25,722 nucleotides of DNA from a virus (lineage: Duplodnaviria; Caudoviricetes). The notes under the pieces were generated by a model that made no database searches, was not told where the DNA came from, and worked only from the letters and a program-made list of their open reading frames with translations. The stretch lies in IMG/VR virus record IMGVR_UViG_3300005764_000076, positions 1 to 25,722 of that record, one strand, 5' to 3'. Numbering within the stretch: position 1 is the first letter of the stretch; every line of letters starts with the position of its first letter. Shown here one piece after another: positions 25,649 through 25,722 of this stretch. The position numbers were made by a program, and so were the translations under genes.

Positions 25649-25722
25649 TCAGCCGCCCAGGTTCGCAAACGGGTTGTCGCCGTTCTCGGCCCACTGCTTC
25701 GCACTGCCGGAGACCACGAGGT
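25649..25722 (-). CDS. 3' end of a gene entering from the right edge
   Basis: ..LVVSGSAKQWAENGDNPFANLGG then TGA at 25651-25649. Confidence 0.4.
   Translation of the reverse strand, partial: LVVSGSAKQWAENGDNPFANLGG

Overview
High-GC dsDNA phage segment, most likely from an actinobacteriophage, with almost all real genes on the minus strand. Left arm (1-15.2 kb) is a replication/nucleotide module: a DnaE-type DNA polymerase III alpha split into separate PHP and polymerase genes around an AT-rich HNH-NUMOD3 endonuclease cassette; a candidate base-modification cluster (Nmad1/DUF1599-like and MazG-like pyrophosphohydrolases, StrG-like 2OG-Fe(II) dioxygenase, variant ThyX, FAD oxidoreductase); SSB, AAA ATPase, Cas4/RecB-like nuclease and SNF2 helicase; and a TAGT-like glycosyltransferase. 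The 15.3-21 kb stretch is an array of small early-type genes with repeated promoters and hairpins. The 21-24.7 kb stretch is a plasmid/AICE-like DNA-transfer module: HTH protein, five tandem 12-bp repeats, DUF2637-like membrane protein with an Lsr2-like tail, membrane FtsK/TraB-like ATPase and a small membrane protein. Window-wide signals are a non-canonical, often tandem AAGGCG(A/G) motif in the Shine-Dalgarno position of about 11 genes, and strong over-representation of CCGGAGCC/GGCTCCGG. All family calls are from motif recognition by eye; no searches were run.
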